Origin: Mobula hypostoma
Taxonomy: Eukaryota
Direction of reading: 5' to 3'
DNA: 64,000 bases
Assembly: GCF_963921235.1 (NCBI RefSeq)
Contig: NC_086097.1
Location: 95,668,001 to 95,732,000, forward strand
The translations under genes were made by a program, and so were the position numbers. The notes beneath the pieces are model-generated. The model searched no databases. It was given only the letters and a program-made list of their open reading frames with translations, and was not told the origin of the DNA. Below, one piece after another: positions 61,626-64,000 of the stretch (positions are counted from its first letter, which is position 1; each line of letters opens with the position of its first letter).

Positions 61626-62219
61626 GATCTTACATGACACTTACATGATCTAATTTCCTTCACTCTCTTTTAATGGCAATGTGGAAGCAAAATGTGTGTG
61701 TGCTTCTACCGGAGACGAGACATTCTGAGCAGTCTGATTGCACTTGCTGACAAACATGCAAGTAAGTGTTTTTATATTATGTAAAATTTTGATACCACAT
61801 TGCTTACAAAGCCTATCCCACCACTCTGAAAAGTTGGTGGAGAGATGCGGTCCCCATTTTTTTCTTGGTGGTATTATTCCTCCTTGATGCCACACTTCTT
61901 CAAGTGTTGCTTTGGTCCCAAAGACACTGCTGGTAGAATTTTGTTGTTTTGTTCATGTTTGGAGTGAAGTTTTAAATAAGGTCAGGAGCTAAGCTGAGCA
62001 CCAGTGAGGTAATCTCATAGTCAATTCTGCTTGACGCCATTTCAGTAATAACATTCATCATTTTGTTAATCAAGTGCAGTTACAATTTTTGTTTTTTGCT
62101 GGCACATATAACTGGAAAATGTTCCATAGAAACTTGTAGTTTATTGATTTATTTATTTTGACACACAGAGTGTTACAGGCCCTTCCCAGCCCAGCAACAC
62201 ACCTGTTGATCACTAGCTA

Positions 62220-62960
62220 ATCAGAATCAGGTTTAATATCACCGCATGTGGTGTGAAATTTGTTAAGCAGTAGCAGTACATTGCCAAACATAGTAATGAA
62301 AACTGTGAATTACAGTAAGTATATATATTGACTTTGAGTTAACTTCTAGCAAAAATATATAATATATATTTGAAAAGTTAAATTAAATTAGTAATGCAAA
62401 AAAACGTAGTGAGGTGGTGTTCATGGGTTCAATGTCCATTCAGAAATCAGACGGCAGAGGGGAAGAAGCTGTTCCTGAATCATTGAGTGTGCACCTTCAG
62501 GCTTCTGTACCTTCTCCCCGATGGTAGCAATGAGAAGAGGGCATGACCTGGGTGATGGGGATCATTAATGATGGATGCAGCCTTTTTGATGCATTGCTCT
62601 TTGAAGATGTCCTAAATGCTGGGGAGGCTAACATCCATGATGGAGCTGACTGAGTTTACAACTTTCTGTCACCCCAACCACAAAGTGTTCCAGCTGTTAC
62701 CATTTGGGAAATGGTACCGCAGCATAAAAGCCAGGACCAACAGGTTCCAGGACAGCTTCCTCCGCCAGGCCATCAGACTGATTAACTCATGCGGATACAA
62801 TTGTATGCTATTCTCTATGCTATATTGACTGTCCTGTTGTACATACTACTCATTGCAAATTACTATAAGTTGCACATTGCACATTTAGATGGAGACATGA
62901 CATAAAGATTTTTACTTCTCATGTATGCGAAAGATGTAAGAAATACAGTCAATTCAATTC
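62220..62960. mobile_element. Two Rex1/Babar-type 3' ends: minus 62220-62668 and plus 62669-62960
   Basis: Plus: HPNHKVFQLLPFGKWYRSIKARTNRFQDSF..QAIRLIN and an (aattc) tail; minus part is colinear with 40225-40580. Confidence 0.7.
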
Positions 62961-64000
62961 AGTTCAATAAACAGCAGCCTGACACAAGTATTAGTATTGT
63001 CCTGGTGATCCAAGGCCACATGAAGAACCATTGAGATCACATTCGCCATAGAGTGATCATGACGATTTGCAAATTGCAGTGGATCCAGGTTCTTGCTGAG
63101 ACAGGAGCTAATTCTAGCCATAACCAACCTCTCAAAACACTCCATCACTGTAGATGTGAGCGCTACTGGACGATGGTCATTAAGGCAGCCTTCCCTGCCC
63201 TTCTTGGGCACTGGTATGATTGGTGCTCTTTGGAAGTAGGTGGGAACTTCCGACTGTAGCAATGAGAGATTGAAAATGGCTTTGAGCACACCCACCAGTT
63301 GGTTGACACAGGTTTTCTGAGCTCTACCATGTACCCCATCAGGGCTTGTCGCTTTGGCAGGGTTTACCCTCTTGAAAGACGATCTGACGTCGGCTTCCAA
63401 TTTACAAATCACAGTGTCACCGGCTACTGCAAAGATCGTCATAGCTGTAGTTTTATTCTCCCCTTCAAAGCAAGCATAAAAGGCATTGAGCTCATTTGTG
63501 AGTGAAGCATCACTGCCGTTCCTGATGTTAGGTGTCGCTTTATAGGAAGTGATGGTCTATAAACTCACCCCCACCCCCCCACAGAGTTGACGTGCATCTA
63601 ATTCCGCCTTTAACCTCATTTGGAATTGTTCTTTTGCTCTTCAGATAGTCCTCTGCAGTCACACCTGGCCTTCTTATATTGTCCTAGATCACAGGACTTA
63701 AATGCCACAGATCTTACACTCAGCAGACTACGAGTCACCTGGTTCATCCATGGCTTTTGACTTGGGTATGTACAGCAAGTCCTTGTAGGCACATACTCAT
63801 CCATATAGGTCAGTGACAGCTGTGCCGTACTCATTCAGACTCGAAGGTGAATCCCTGAATACTATCCAGTCCACCGATTCAAAGCAGTCCTATAAGTGCT
63901 CCTGTGCCTCCCTGGTCCAAACCTTCTTGGTCCTCACAACTGGTGCTGCAGTCTTCAGTCTCTGCCTATACTCAGGGAGTGGCAGTACGGCCAGGGGATC
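62960..64000 (-). mobile_element. Rex1/Babar-type LINE RT N-terminal fragment, continuing past the window end
   Basis: KATSPDGV, IFNLSL, IIPVPKK, LNDHRPVALTSTVMECFERLV, LDPLQFA, VRLLFI; QKPWMN upstream; frameshifted. Confidence 0.88.

Noticed and set aside
56928..64000. Next upstream MTA exon (EEWSASEA..EEALEKYGKDF)
   Set aside because: Not found by manual reading; the region is mostly TE, so the exon presumably lies beyond the window.
62669..64000. Twin-priming inversion of one Rex/Babar LINE
   Set aside because: The inverted RT segment lies after the 3' tail, not before it; separate insertions fit better.

Overview
Eukaryotic DNA with no prokaryotic features. The repeat repertoire (CR1, Rex/Babar, Penelope-like, tRNA-derived and Deu-type SINEs, hAT) suggests a cartilaginous fish, probably a ray; this assignment is inference. 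The window holds the 3' half of one minus-strand gene, an MTA1-like NuRD scaffold. Nine intact GT-AG exons run from the end of the SANT domain (56853-56927) through the GATA zinc finger and R1 region to the 'GMMNHTQGRQM' exon (13167-13198); the 5' exons lie beyond position 64000. The two ancestral terminal exons (773-909 and ~418-575), which in MTA1 encode the C-terminal R2 RBBP4/7-binding segment, are still recognisable but carry stops and frameshifts. The protein therefore appears to have lost its C-terminal module while upstream exons stay intact. There is also a candidate in-frame 123-bp cassette exon and a candidate replacement terminal exon. Introns hold a ~21.3-kb GT/CA-rich 38-40-bp satellite with ~5-kb higher-order duplication, two minisatellites born from CR1 sequence, Penelope-like elements with minimal hammerhead ribozyme motifs (one copy as a long inverted repeat), a Buster-type hAT fossil, MITEs, solo LTRs, LINEs and SINEs. 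Almost all long ORFs in the supplied track are repeat artefacts. Protein comparisons are to recalled human MTA sequences, not a database search; many TE boundaries are approximate.
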